Source of the DNA: the human T2T-CHM13v2.0 reference genome, Homo sapiens
Length of the DNA stretch: 64,000 nt
Reading direction: 5' to 3' (one strand)
Assembly: GCF_009914755.1 (NCBI RefSeq)
Contig: NC_060925.1
Part shown: positions 14,640 to 28,541 of the stretch, piece after piece
Position numbering within the stretch: the first letter of the stretch is position 1
Layout of the letters: every line of letters starts with the position of its first letter
The notes under the pieces: generated by a model
Databases searched by the model: none
What the model saw: the letters and a program-made list of their open reading frames with translations, nothing else
Told to the model about the DNA's origin: nothing
Made by a program: the position numbers and the translations under genes

Positions 14640-15350
14640 GACTGGAAAAAATTTAGATCTGCAACTCATACCACATGCAAAAATAAAGAAAAAAAGCATC
14701 ATATGCAAATTTAAAACTAAAATATGGAAAGTAATTTTTATAATTGTGGAGTGTTTTCTCTTAGCATGAGAATCAGGCCAGAAACTATAAAAAAAAAAAA
14801 AAAAAAGGAGCTAAACTTAGGGAGAGACTGAGAGACTGACATACTTGATAAAAGAGAACTCAAAACTACTCTATTGCAAAAGGTATCTCCAGAAAGCTCA
14901 AGGGCAAACTAAGAATTGGAAAAAATACTTGTTTGTTACATGTGACAAAAGACTAATATCCAGAATAGAGATTTAAAATATCAGTACATGTAAAACTCCA
15001 AAAGATAAATGAGCAAAACAAATACAAGTGGTCAATAAGCATGTAAACCTAACCTCAGTATTAATTTTTTAGAACATAAACACTAAAACGATAAAACACT
15101 TTTTTTAACATTAAAACCAGACAATGAGAAGATGTCTACAATATATTGGTAAGTGAAAATAAAGGCAATGTACAACATATCTGTGGTCAAAAATAGTACA
15201 TATTGAATAATTCAATTTTTTTAAGTGTGCATGTGGGTTTCTGAAAAGTCTGTTGACAGTGATTGCCTTTGGGGAATGAGACTGCAGGAGAGATTTATGC
15301 TCCATTTTATACATTTCTGTGTTACCTGAAATTAATATACTTACAAATTT
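14640..15350 (+). mobile_element. Old L1M (L1ME-like) ORF2 end and 3' UTR remnant
   Basis: ctcataccacatgcaaaaataaa...tgacaaaagactaatatccagaata...ttgacagtgattgcctttgggga. Confidence 0.6.
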
Positions 15351-15404
15351 AAAAACTGAAGAACTTTTGGTAAAATGAAGTTTGCCTAAAATCGTGCACA
15401 CACA

Positions 15405-15820
15405 TGATATGGCTTGGGTATTTGCTCCCTCCAAATCTCATGTTGAAATGTGATCCCAGGGTTGGAGGTGGGGCCTAGTGAGAGATGACTGAATCATGGA
15501 GGTGGATCCCTCATGAATGGCTTAGCACCGTCCCCTTGGGGTTAAGTGAGTTCTCCTTCAGTTAGTTCACATGAAATATGGTTGTTTAAGAGAGTCTGGG
15601 ACCTCCCCCTTCTGTCTGATTCTTCCACTCTCACCACGTGACATGCTGGCTTCCGCTTCAACTTCTACCTAAAAGCTTTCTTAGGTCTCACCAGAAGCCA
15701 AGCAGATGCCAGTACCATGCTTCCTGTACAGCCTGCAGAACCGTGAATTAAACCCCTTTTCTTTGTAAATTATCCAGCCTCAGGTATTTCTTTATAGCAA
15801 CACAAAAAGGGGCTAACACA
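15405..15820 (+). mobile_element. MSTB-like MaLR solo LTR
   Basis: tgatatggcttgg...ccaaatctcatgttgaaatgtgatccc...cagcctgcagaaccgtga...ctaacaca. TSD acaca/atgca, compatible with CpG decay of acgca. Confidence 0.9.
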
Positions 15821-16502
15821 ATGCATCACAAATGTGCTCCCTATTGTATACGGTAGCATATTCCAGAACTGCACTCATCAGATTACCCATAAAGAAATTA
15901 ATCTGGAGACCATGTCCTCTAGGTACACGTCTGTATACACCTGACTAAGGAAAATTCAGAAAGTGTGAAGTCCACACAGTGCCTGTTTCCCATAGTACTC
16001 CAAAGTGCAGTAAAGGCCAGAAGGTCCCCAGCTGTGTCCGGGCAGCATGAGGTGTCCCTTAGCTGGCCAGCAGGCTAGTAACAGAAAGAACTCATCACTT
16101 AGATTCGGAGGAAACCAAGGAACTGGGAGGGACAAGGGCAGCCGTACAATGTGTTGGTTTTTCCTTAAACCTAGGTGGGAAGCACCTCCCATTTCCTATG
16201 CTGAAAATGTTCACTATCTCCCTCGTTTTACTTCCGCATCAGAATTTACTCAGTCTCAACGGTTTTCATTAGCACTTCAGCCAAGTCTCTTGATTCCCAT
16301 TAGGAGGGAACACATTCTTTTCAGGCAGAGTCTGTGTCTACTGTTCTCTCCTCCATTCCACCTCTTTTCTTGCAAGGATTTTCACAATTTCACCACTCAA
16401 CATGTATGTACTTATGTACTCACAATTTATAAGAAACTCGTAGTGGATATCCACCCCCTCCTCCAGTGGTATTCTGTCACAGTTTAAATGTTTATCGTCA
16501 AA

Positions 16503-16537
16503 TACATATATATATATATACACACACATATACATAC

Positions 16538-16623
<86 letters not shown>

Positions 16624-16630
16624 TTATTTA
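16503..16630. repeat. Compound (TA)n/(CA)n/(CATA)n microsatellite at an Alu tail, with pure (TA)19 at 16581-16618
   Basis: Read directly from the sequence. Confidence 0.97.
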
Positions 16631-16919
<289 letters not shown>

Positions 16920-16959
16920 CCCCAAATCATTTTTAAAGGCAAGCTCCCAGGCCACAGAC

Positions 16960-17260
16960 CTCAAAATGCACCAACACGCATAAAAGACAAAGGCTATGGA
17001 AATAATGATTGATCAAGGGACACAGCAACTAAATGCAGCGCCTGACCCTAGAGGGACCCTATATGGAGGGGAATGATGCTACAAAGGACATTTTCGAGCA
17101 AATGGTAAAACTGGGATACAAATAATAGATTTGGTGTGAGTAAGGAATCGATATTAGCTATCTGAAGTTGATAACTAAACCTCTGTTACCCAAGCAAATA
17201 TCTCTATCGCACTGAAGTGCTTAGGGGTAAAAGGTCATGAAGTTTGTAACCTGAAAACTG
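16960..17260 (+). mobile_element. L1ME/L1MC 3' UTR fragment
   Basis: caactaaatgcagcg...aaaggacatt...cactgaagtgcttaggggtaaaagg. Confidence 0.65.
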
Positions 17261-18012
17261 TGTGTGTGGGTGCGTGCATGTGCCATGTGCCTGTGTGCAT
17301 TGTTGTGTAGACACAGACTGAGAGGAAAGGATGGGAATCCATTTTTGACAATCCAAAGCTGGAGGACAAATGTCCTGGGGGTGGTTACTTCCGACAGGCT
17401 CCTTCACAAGCCCATCTTATTTCCTGCTGCTACAGGAAATGCAGTATTTGTGCACACACATAAGTAAGGGAGCACCTCTGCCTTTATTCTGCAGCCAAGG
17501 AAGGGGTTTAGATGACCGTGCCCCCAGCCCCGGGCAGAGCAGGCTGGACTTGCCCCACCACTCCCTTGATCACCTTCCTCACAACGGCCGCTCTCAGTGG
17601 GTCCAGGGCACATCCTATTCGGGGAGAGAAGCCTTTGGCAGCTCTTTACCCACCAACATGCTCACGTGTTGTACCTCTAATATAAGGGATGCTCCATGTA
17701 GATAACACACAAACCAATTATTAAAAGCAGATCCTTTTAAACGCATTCAGGGATGCTCACAGCAACTCTTCAGTGACTCCTTTCAAAGCCTCCAGAGGCT
17801 TTGAAACTAGGCAACTCCAAAATTCAAATGAGCTTTCTTAAAACAATGCTCACCCATGTATTTGCTGTGGAAGAGTGACAAAATAAAAACATACACTCTA
17901 TCAGCCTAGGGAAACCAAAACAATCTTTTAAAAAAAATTAGTGGGACACAAAACCCCAATTTAAAAAGCAACATGCCTCTCTGAAGTGAGGATGCCTTGC
18001 TTGCAGGCTTAC

Positions 18013-18061
18013 CTGAGTGGGGAAGAGCAGCGGGCTCCTGCTCACACAGCCTGGCAAGAAC
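18013..18061 (-). other. Candidate 49-nt exon of the minus-strand host gene
   Basis: Acceptor tctctttcttcatttgtag|G and donor CAG|GTAAGC, both near consensus, in unique sequence. Confidence 0.5.
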
Positions 18062-18110
18062 CTACAAATGAAGAAAGAGACCCATTCAGACTCCCAGAAC
18101 AACTCTTGGT

Positions 18111-18601
18111 CAGCAGTTTCAACATGTGGTCTGAGGAATCCCCAGGGGTCCACAGGGTCAAAACCATTTTCATGTTGATACCAAGGCACTATTTATCTTT
18201 TCTACTCTTCTTCTCTCCCCAGTGTTCGATGGAGTTTTCCAGAGGTTGAGGAACATACGATAGCACAAGAGATTGAATGAAGAAGCAGGTAAGAGAATCC
18301 AGCTGTCTTCTCTTCAGCCACACATTAATGAAATTTGCAAAAGTATAAAGCAATATAATTCTGCTCATTACTTTTTCTGTTTTGAAAAATAATTATTTTC
18401 ATAAAATGCTATTTATAATAAAATATAAAGGGGTTATTACCATCATTCTTAATTAATAAATATTTTCAAAATTTCTCAGTTTTAATTCTAGTATAGTAAA
18501 CATCAACAGAGATAAGCCACATAATCAAAAGTTCCATGGAATTCCAATAATTTTTAAGAACGTCAAAGGAATCCTAAAACCAAAAATTTTGAAAACTCCA
18601 G
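18111..18601. mobile_element. Charlie1b-like hAT DNA transposon derivative
   Basis: cagcagtttcaacatgtggtc...ggtcaaaaccattttcat...agattgaatgaagaagcag...aaatttttgaaaac, homologous to the ends of 31265-32904. Confidence 0.8.
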
Positions 18602-18642
18602 GTATCCATTTTGGTACTAAATTCTGTTGAACTACATCTTTT

Positions 18643-18885
18643 AATGATAATGGCGATGGTCAATATTAGGTATGCAGTGCTACGTACTAGACACTCTACT
18701 AAAACACTTTATATATGTTATTTCCAAACTCACCACCACATTAAAAGAAAAAAACAATTGGTCTTTTCTGCCTTCCTGGTTGAGGAAACTGGCACTCAAG
18801 AGACTGGTTATTTGCCCCAGGCGAATCAGCAAGCGCAGGATGTGAACTCAAGTCATCTGGACTCCTAAGATCATGCTTTCAACAC
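18643..18885 (-). mobile_element. MIR
   Basis: tgaggaaactggcactcaagagact...atttgccccagg...gaactcaagtcatctggactcc. Confidence 0.7.
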
Positions 18886-19456
18886 ATCATTTTTTAAAAT
18901 AATCAACGTAAGAATTTCTGCAAACTCAACTACAGCCAAGCGCCCTAGGGCTCACACTCAGACCTGACACTGCATGGACTCAAAACGCAACAATGTGGAG
19001 TATACACTTCAGACAAAACTATATAAACATGGGTTTATGAAGCCAGTGTGGCTCTCTAAATGCTGCCAAGATCCAGCACTGCTTCCTAAAAAAGACAAGA
19101 CAAACCCCAAGAAGGAGGGCACCCCAGAGACAGTCCCAGTTTACAAGTGTTAACCCAGCATAGCATTAACAGCGTTCCTTTCACTTTGAGAGGCGATAAA
19201 CTATAAGGTCACCTACCGGGAAGGCTATGACTCGTCTTAGTTTTAAAAAGCCCTCCTTTTTCAATCTGTCTCCATTTTTATGAAGGACAGAAACAGTAGA
19301 TGAAAAATTACCAGTAGTCCCTCAACTGCGGCTGAATGTAAGATTTTGTGCCGTGGTTAGGATTAGGGTGGGGAAAGAAATTCTCACTGACCATTTTTGT
19401 AGCCAATGTAGACAGTTCTGAGTTTAAAAATCTGATGCATAATATAGTGGGTACCT

Positions 19457-19972
19457 AAAAAAAAAAATTAAACACAGCATTACCATATAACCCAGCAATT
19501 CTACTTCTGGGCATACAGCCAAAAGAACTGAAAGCAGGATCTCGAAGATGAACTGGCACAGCCCTGTTCTCAGCAACATTATTCACAGTGGCCCAAAAGG
19601 TAGAAGCAACCCAAACGCCCATTAGATGAATACAGAAAACAACATATGGGAAATACGTGCCGTGGAATATTATTCAGCCTTAAAGAGGAAGCAAAGTCTC
19701 ACACAAACTACAACATAGAAGAACCCTGAAGATACCACGCTAAGCAAATAAGCCAGTCACAAAAAGGACAAATACTGTATGATTCCATTTATATGAGGTA
19801 TGTAGAGTAAGTCAAATTCATAAAATCAGAAAGTACAACGGTGGCTGCCAGGGATTGGGGTGAGGGGAAATGGGGTTAAATAGATACAGAGTTTTCAAGA
19901 TGAAGAGGTCTGAAAATGGATGATGGTGATGGTTGCACAACAGTCTCAATCTACGTAACATCAGTGGACGTC
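19457..19972 (+). mobile_element. L1MB ORF2 end / 3' UTR
   Basis: ttaccatataacccagcaattctacttctggg...aagccagtcacaaaaaggacaaatactgtatgattccatttatatgaggta...ggtgatggttgcacaaca. Confidence 0.9.
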
Positions 19973-20008
19973 TAGTACCGTCAGGGACTCAGACACAGTA
20001 CTAGGTAT

Positions 20009-22189
20009 AAGGTGAACCTCATGTTACAGTGCTTTGCAGACACTGTGTCTTTTATAGACTGGAGGTTTGTGGCAACCCTGCATGGAGCAAGTCTATCGGC
20101 ACCATTTTTTAAGTGCTCATTTGGTGTTTCTGTGTCACACTGTGATTCTCACAATACTTCGAACTTCGTCATTACTTTTATGTTTGTTATGGTGACCTGT
20201 GATCAGCGATCTTGGATGGAACTAGTGTAACTGTTCTAGGGTGGCATGAGCCACATTCATATAAAACAGTGTATTTAATCCATAAATATTGTGTTCTGAT
20301 GGCTCCACCGACCAGCCTCCCCCATTTCTCTCTCTCTCCTCAGACCTCCCGATTCCCTGAGACACAACAATATTGAACGTAGGCCAATTAATAACCATAC
20401 AACAGCCTCTCCGTATTCAAGTAAGAGTCAAACAACTCACTTTAAATAAAAAACCAGAAGCAATTAAGCTCAATGGGGAAGACATGTCAAAAGCCAAAAC
20501 AGGCCGAAAGCTAAGCCTCTTGCGCCAAACAGCCAAGTCGCGAATACAAAGGAAAAGTTCTTGAAGGAAATTAAAAGTGGTACTTCAGTGAACACACAAA
20601 TGATAAGAAAGCAAAACAATCTCGTTGCTGATACGGGGAAAGTTTGAGTGTTCTGGATAGAAGATGAAACCAGCCACATTTCCTTAAGCCAAAGCCTAGT
20701 TCAGAGAAAGGCCCTAATACTCTTCAATTCAATGAAGGCTGAGAGAGGTGAGGAGGCTGCAGAAGAAAAGTCTGCAGGTAGCAGAGGCTGGTTTGTGAGG
20801 TACAAGGAGAGCTACACTAAACAGCAAATGTTCTATGTAAATCAAACAGCCTTCTATTAGAAGACGTCCTATAGGGCTTTCACAGCTAGAGAGGGGAAGT
20901 CAATGCCTGGATTCAAAGCTTTAAAGGACAGGCTAATTCTCTTGTTAGCAGTTAATGCAGCTGGTGACTTTAAGTTGAAACTCATGCTTAGTTACCATTC
21001 CAAAAATCTTTGGGCCCTTAAGAATTATGCTAAATCTACTCTGCCCGTGCTCTATCATTGGAACAACAAAGCCTGGATGACAGCACATGTGTTTACAGCA
21101 TTATTTACTAAATATTTTAAGTCCACATTGAAACCAAGTGCTCAGAAAAAAAGATTCCTTTCAAAATGTTACTGCTCATTGACAATGCATCTGGTTATCC
21201 GAGACCTCTGACAGAGGTGTACAAGGAGATGAATGTTGTTTCTTGCCTGCTAACAACATCCATTCCGCAGCCCATGGATTAAAAAGTAAATCTGACTTTT
21301 AAATTTTATTATTTAAGAGGTAATTTTCATAATGTTATAGCTATCACAGATAGCAATTCCTCTGGTGGATCTGGGCAAAGTAAACCGAAACCCTTTTAAA
21401 ATCACCATTCTAGATGCCATCAAGAACATTCACGATTCATGGGTGGAGGTCAAAATATCAACAATTAACAGGAGTTTGGAAGAAGTTGACTCCAACCTTC
21501 AAGGATGACTTTGGGGTGGGGGCTTAACATTTCAATAGAGGAAGAAATAGCAAGAAAACTAGAATTATAATTGGCGCCTAAAGATCTGACTAAATTGCTA
21601 CAAACTCAGGATCAAACTTGAATGGATGAGGAGTTGCTTTTTGTAGAGGAACAAAGAAACTGGTTTCTTGAGATGGAGGTGAAGATGATATGAACATTGT
21701 TGCAAAGGATTTAGGAAATTACATAAACTTGGCAGGGTTTGAGAGGAGAGACTCCAGTCTTGAAGTTCTACTGTGGGTCAAATGCTATGAAACAGCATGA
21801 AGTCTTTCATGAAAGGAAGAGCCGATTGATGTGGTAAACTTCATTGTTGTCTTATTTTAAGAAATTGCCATACCCAGCCCAACCTTCAGCCACCACCACC
21901 CTGATCAGTCAACAGCCATCAACACTGAGGCAAGATTCTCCACCCGCAAAAAGACTGACTTGCTGAAGGCTCAGATAATCATTTGCATTTTTTAGCAAAA
22001 AGTATTTTTAAATTAAGGTTTGCACATTTTTTAGACATAATGCTACTGCATACCTAATAAACTCCAGTATAGCGTAACTGTAACTTTTAAATGCACTGGA
22101 AAAAAAAAAAATCTGTGTGACTTGCTATACTGCAACATTTGTTTTATTGCAGTTGTCTGGGAAATAAGCAAACCTCCGAAGTATGCCTG
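20009..22189 (+). mobile_element. Tigger1 (TcMar/pogo) DNA transposon, near full length, transposase disrupted
   Basis: Right TIR ...gaagtatgcctg followed by TA, degenerate left TIR aaggtgaacctc. ORF fragments 20648-20860 and 20903-21211 ([27 protein letters not shown]; [26 protein letters not shown]) are Tigger1 transposase. About 100 bp deleted near 20810. Confidence 0.96.
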
Positions 22190-23544
22190 TACTGAAAGGC
22201 AACGTGCGGAAGCCTAGGTAAAATACATTACTGAACTATAAAAGATAAATGTTTCTTACAAAAAAAAAAGGCATGATATTCTACAATTTAAAAAACCTCA
22301 AAGCCTCTGAAGCATCAGTATTTTTCAAAATTTTGGGATCTCATTTTTTCTCTAAGGAAGCTTTCTACTCTCATCTATATTCTTTATGCCGATACGTTAT
22401 GAAGTCCTCAACTTGAGTTTACAAAATAAGTCTTTTAAAGTCCTGTTAATGAAACAGTCTGTGTTTTGTGACTAAATATCTTATGCTTAATGTCTCTTCT
22501 CTAGGAGAGACACTTGGTGTTGTAATATCCCCAACACAATGAACAGTCTGTAAAAGGCACTTTTCCTTCCTTTGTTACAGCAAACATCCTGTAAACAATT
22601 AATGTTCCACTCTTTTAACTGACGGCTTTTGTTTACTGACAGGAAAGGAAACCACAAATTCTTCAAGTAGCAATAGGGACTGCAGAGTTTTACTTCATTT
22701 CCTACTAAGCAGGTGGTTTATATGAGGCAACTGGCTATTGTATTTTACCTTGTTTTGCCTTTAGACAGGAAAAAAAGAAATGAGCTTTCAGCAGCACAAT
22801 CTTCTCAAGCAACAGAGCTTGGGGCCAGGTGCTGGGATGCCAAGTGTGAGGGGGAAAGGTTCTCCCCTGTTCCCTGGTCTATCACTGCGAGGAGGCTCCT
22901 CACACTTCATCAGGAAGCTCTGTGTGAAAACCAGATTTGCAGACAAACAGAGGTCTGGCTCTTTGTTCTTACCAGCAGGTTCATCAGCTGTTTTCTCCGC
23001 AAAAGAAAGTTCTGAGAAAGTGAAGGCAAACATTTTCTTTCCACTGAAATGAACACAAATATTCCATCAAGCTCCGTTTCTCTACTTACTGTTAGGATGG
23101 ATTTGCTAGTATCTGGGGAAAGCCAGCATCAAAAAAAAAGGCTACTTTTTGTTTTTGTTTGTGTTTGTTTTGCAGCCCCACACCACCACACCTCAGAGTT
23201 TTCCATTAGCCCCAAAACACTCCGGTCTAGACTCTAGACACCAGCAAGGTCCAGTTCATGACCACATATCCAGGACTAAGCACATGCTCTGTACTTAAAA
23301 AGCTCCCAGTACATATTTTCCAAAAGAGAAGAAGAACAGAGGAGGGAGGCAGGGCATTTCCTACAGGATAAGCAAGTGTCTGCTGAAGGAAGAACACAGC
23401 CATTCCCATAAGGGAATCCATAGAATAGGTTGAACCATATGAAACCACCAATGGTTCTCTATTTTTGACCTAAAAAAGCAGCAATTTCATGCAATCTAAT
23501 CTAACCTCTGATGCTCCTCAGTGAGCTTCCCTATTCCATGCTAT

Positions 23545-24736
23545 TGCAGGAGCCATGGGAAAACTTCCTCTTCACTCTCCAAGCTCGATGAAAAATCAAC
23601 TAAAGGCAGATTAATAGGAGAAAAAGCAAATATATTATTATGAACAGAAGTCTCACAAAACAAAAGAACTTAAAGAAATGGCCAGATGGGTGAAGCTTTT
23701 TCTGAGGTTACAGAAAGAATGGGGGCTTGGAGTGTTACTGAAAAGGGATCCCGATCCAGACCCCAGGAGAGGGTTCTTGGGTCTCACACAAGAAAGAATT
23801 TGAGGTGAATTCGTAAAGTGAAAGCAAGTTTATTAAGGAAGTAAAGAATTAAAAAATGGCTACTCCACAGGCAGAGCAGGAGCATGGGCTGCTCAACTGA
23901 GTATACTTATAGTTATTTCTTGATTACATGCTAAATAAGGGGTAGATTATTCATGAGTTTTCCAGGAAAGGGGCAAGCAATCCAAGAAGTCACAGTTCCT
24001 CCCCTTTTTAGACTAAATAGTAACTTCCTGGTGTTGCCATGGCATTTGTAAACTGTCATGGCACTGGTGGGAGTGTCTTTTAGCATGCTGATGCATTATA
24101 ATTAGCATATAATGAGCAATGAGGATGACCAGAGGTCACTTTTGTCACCATCTTGGTTTTGGTGAGTTTTGGCAGCTTCTTTACCTCAACCTGTTTTATC
24201 AGCACGGTCTTTGTGACCTATATCTTGCGCTGACCTCCTGTCTCATCCTGTGACTAAGAATGTCTAACCTCCTGGGAAAGCAGCCCAGTAGGTGTCAGCC
24301 TCATTTTACTCAGCCCCTGTTCAAGATGGAATCACTCTGGTTAAAATGCCTGACAGGAGCATGGCCAAAAACAGGTTATGATGGTACCTCAAGTTATGAT
24401 GACAGGACAGGTTATGGGAAGGGGAGGAGTCCTGGCTAGCAAAGGTTGCCTCATGATGCAGATGAAACCTCACATGGGTAGCAGCCCTCAGACAGAATGG
24501 ATGGTAAATTTTTTTTCAGACCTTTATAGGTGTCAGACTCTCAGTTAATCTTGCCTAGATGAGGACAAAGGAGGGCCTTAGAGAAAGCCTGGCTGTATTA
24601 ATGCAGATTCCCTACAGATGCAAATCTCCCCTACAAAAGACAGCTTTTCAGCTGTTCTTGCATTTCAAGCCCAGTGAATAGCCATCTTGAAATATGTCAA
24701 AGTATATTTCAGGATAAAATACTTTGGTTCCCTTCA
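23545..24736 (-). mobile_element. MER34/LTR29/MER39-group ERV1 solo LTR, split by MER41B
   Basis: Minus strand starts tgaagggaaccaaagtattttatcctgaaatatac...aagctgtcttttgtagg and ends gaagttttcccatggctcctgca. TSD ctat/ctct. Confidence 0.75.
23733..24355 (-). mobile_element. MER41B solo LTR (ERV1)
   Basis: Minus strand tgtcaggc...ccatcttgaacaggggctgagtaaaatgaggctga...gggtctggatcgggatcccttttcagtaaca, including the ctcattatatgctaattataatgcat segment of MER41B. Perfect 4-bp TSD GGAG. Confidence 0.92.
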
Positions 24737-24804
24737 CTCTCTTTACCATCAATCCTTTATTCTGCTACAACACTAACTTTATCCCTCTCCTTTGTGCCCT
24801 CACA

Positions 24805-25930
24805 GCCAACTGCCACATGAATGGCCCATAGCACCTATAACTCAACATGCAGAAGATGGAGTCTGCATCCTTCCTGACAAATCTCCTCCTCCACCCATGT
24901 TCCTGACCTGGGCTAACAGCTCCAGTCTTCTCTTACCCTCCCTCTTGTGCTGCAACCATGGCACCTAAAGTTTCTGTCCTCCTCGTGTCCCTTTCCCACA
25001 TTCCGTTCTGGTTCTTGTAAGGAACCATCCCTGCCCTTGATGTCATGCTGTCCCCTGAGCTGCTCTGGGCACACCATTCCCTTAGCTCGGTGACTAGTTC
25101 AAGGATATGTGCAGGCCATGGCAAGGTCATATACGGTTTTCTCTGGGATGATGTCGGGATCTTAAGAAGTTCAGTTCTGCCAAAGGAACTAAGCTAGGAG
25201 GGTGTGGGCTGCAGCCGCTGGCCACTGTCTCATAGATCACAGAGAAAGGGCTGTTATGCAGAGCTCAACGTAGGGAAGGCAGAGCAAGGACAGAGAGAGA
25301 GAGGAAAAAAGAGGCCTTCTGACAATGTTTGAGCCCCTGAATCCAACAATGCCTGTAGTATGCCACCCCTAAACATCCCAGTTACTTGAGCTATGCCTTT
25401 CTTTTTTTGCTTAAGTTACTTTGAGTTTCTTTGACTGATAACCAACAGCTCACACAGACACATCTGTTCAAAACTATACTATGTGTAACTTAAATCTCAA
25501 AATAACCTTCAAATAATTCCTTAATATGGCCCAAGTACCTTCGTAACTCAACTTCCCTACCTGACAGTCAGAATACACATTAAATGACCTTTCCCAGATG
25601 AATATGCCCTAAAGGTTCCTGCCTCTGTCCCTTCTATCAAGACGTCCCCTTACCCAAAATAAACAGCATCCTTTGCGCCTAAAAGCCCCATATTCCCCAC
25701 AAAACTTTCTCAGACATTTCCAAGAGAAAAACTGTTAAAGAAAAACTTCCTAGATAGAAAAGTGTCTCTTCCTCTCTACTACTCACTTAGAATACTACTT
25801 GTACCTTTTGCTGGAACATTTTTCAGTCTCTTATGTAACTTCTTGATAGATATGTCTGCAACCTTCAACTGTGAATTCTTAATGGGCAGAAGCCTTATGC
25901 ATAATAATAAATGGTTGGTGAAATGAATAA
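24805..25930 (+). mobile_element. L2 remnant, interrupted by an MLT1 LTR
   Basis: cacctataactcaacatgcag...; 3' end ttcaactgtgaattcttaatgggcag...aataaatggttggtgaaatgaataa. Confidence 0.5.
25000..25460 (+). mobile_element. MLT1 (J/K/L-like) MaLR LTR
   Basis: tttgagcccctgaatccaacaatgcctg...cccagttacttgagc...ttttttgcttaagttactttgagtt. Confidence 0.65.
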
Positions 25931-26015
25931 GCAGGCAAGCTTGTTGCATTCAAGAAACATTTGTTGATGATGATGTCATGATTAATTTCATTCACTGTCT
26001 ATGCTTTTTCCATAA

Positions 26016-26623
26016 TTTTTTTTTCAACTTTTATTTTAGATACAGGGGGTACATGTGCAGGTTTGTTACATGGGTATATTGCACCCCGGCAGTGAGCACA
26101 GTACCCAAGAGATAGTGTTTTACCCCATCCTCTCCTTCCTTCCCTCCCTCCCTTCCTCCCTCTACTAGTCTGCAGTATCTTATTCCCATGTTTACATCCA
26201 TAGGTGCTCAATATTTAGATCCCACTTATTAATGAGAACATGTAATATTTAGTTTTCTATACCTGCATTGGTTTGCTTAGGATTATGGTTTCCAACTCCA
26301 TCCATGTTGGTATGAACGACGTGATTTCATTCTTTTCATGACTACACAGTATTCCATAGTGTATATATACCACATTTTCTTTATTTAATCCACCACTGAT
26401 GGGCACCTAGGTTGATCCCATGTCTTTGCTGTTGTGAACAGCACAGTGATACACATAAGAGTGCATGTGTCTTTTTGGTATATGATCTATTTTCCTTTGG
26501 TTATATACCCAGTAATGGAATTGCTGGGTCGAATGGTAGTTCTAAGGTCTTTGAGAAATCTCCAAACTGCTTTCCACACTGGGTGAACTAATCTGCATTC
26601 CCCCCAACAGTGTATAAGGGTTC
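26016..26623 (-). mobile_element. L1PA15-17-like 3' fragment
   Basis: caacttttattttagatacagggggtacatgtgcaggtttgttacatgggtatattgc...aaatctccaaactgctttccac, TSD ccataattttt on both sides. Confidence 0.92.
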
Positions 26624-27667
26624 CCATAATTTTTTACATTAATTCTTCTCTGAGCTTTTAAGAATAAATAATTAAGTTATTGTGATTATTGGGATAGCCT
26701 CCATGTGGTGTTGAAAATTCTGTGGCTCTTTCAGTAATTCCCACAAACAAGATATATAAGGAAGACTCGTTGGAAACCAATACATCCCTGCTAAATTCAA
26801 GCTAAAAAGCTTTAACTACTCCACAATGAACACAAAGCGCAAATTTCTAGTCAAGGCAACCAGGCCACTAGCAATATCTCCTATTTATTTTTCCAGCTTC
26901 TTGTCCTGGTGCTCTTGTTCTCACACTCAAATAGTTGTTCTTCCAACTTGCCTGGGTAAAGGGTGGAGCAGTGAAAAGTCATGATGCTGCTTGGTGAACA
27001 CACACCTCTTCCACCCAATTTGTAAAACATTACAAATAATGATATCATTTTAGTATGGGAAGCAGGGACAATTTTATTAGCAGAAAAGATATAAGTTAGG
27101 AAGTAATAGGCATCATCACAAGCACGACTATCCAGGAAAAAAACAGGACATAAAATTTAGCATATATAGCTGATACAGGTTTTTCCATCATTTACTAGTT
27201 TGCTTTTACCATCTGCTTGTAGACAAGCAAAACACTAAAAATGAGAAAATATCACTCATTAAAGTTGTAGCTTATATTAGTTATCTTAAGAGTTGAATAG
27301 TGATACAGCCTGAAGACCATCCATGGTCAAATGGAGCACAGTGAAAACCATAGTGTCCTCCATTCTCTGTGTAGGCTGAATAAAGCTCTAACTTAATGAT
27401 GTTTCAATGCCATAAACATTTCAAGACTGGGGAATTCTATTATAAACCTGAAATAGTACTCATTAAATCAATAAAGAGAGGAGAGAATAAACTGTATGTG
27501 TTAAATTCAAGAATATTCTCTATTTTAAGGACAGCTACTAAAAGCAACTGTAATAAACTAAGGAAGTCTAAATTCACTCAAACAACTACAGGTGTCCATG
27601 AAAGGTAATTATGTCTCAAACTGATAACTCTGCTAATAGTACTATCTCTGTTTCTGACACTGAAAGA

Positions 27668-28541
<874 letters not shown>

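Noticed and set aside
20373-21211. Transposase-like ORFs as a possible TIGD gene
   Set aside because: Fragmented by stops, frameshifts and deletions inside a Tigger1 fossil.
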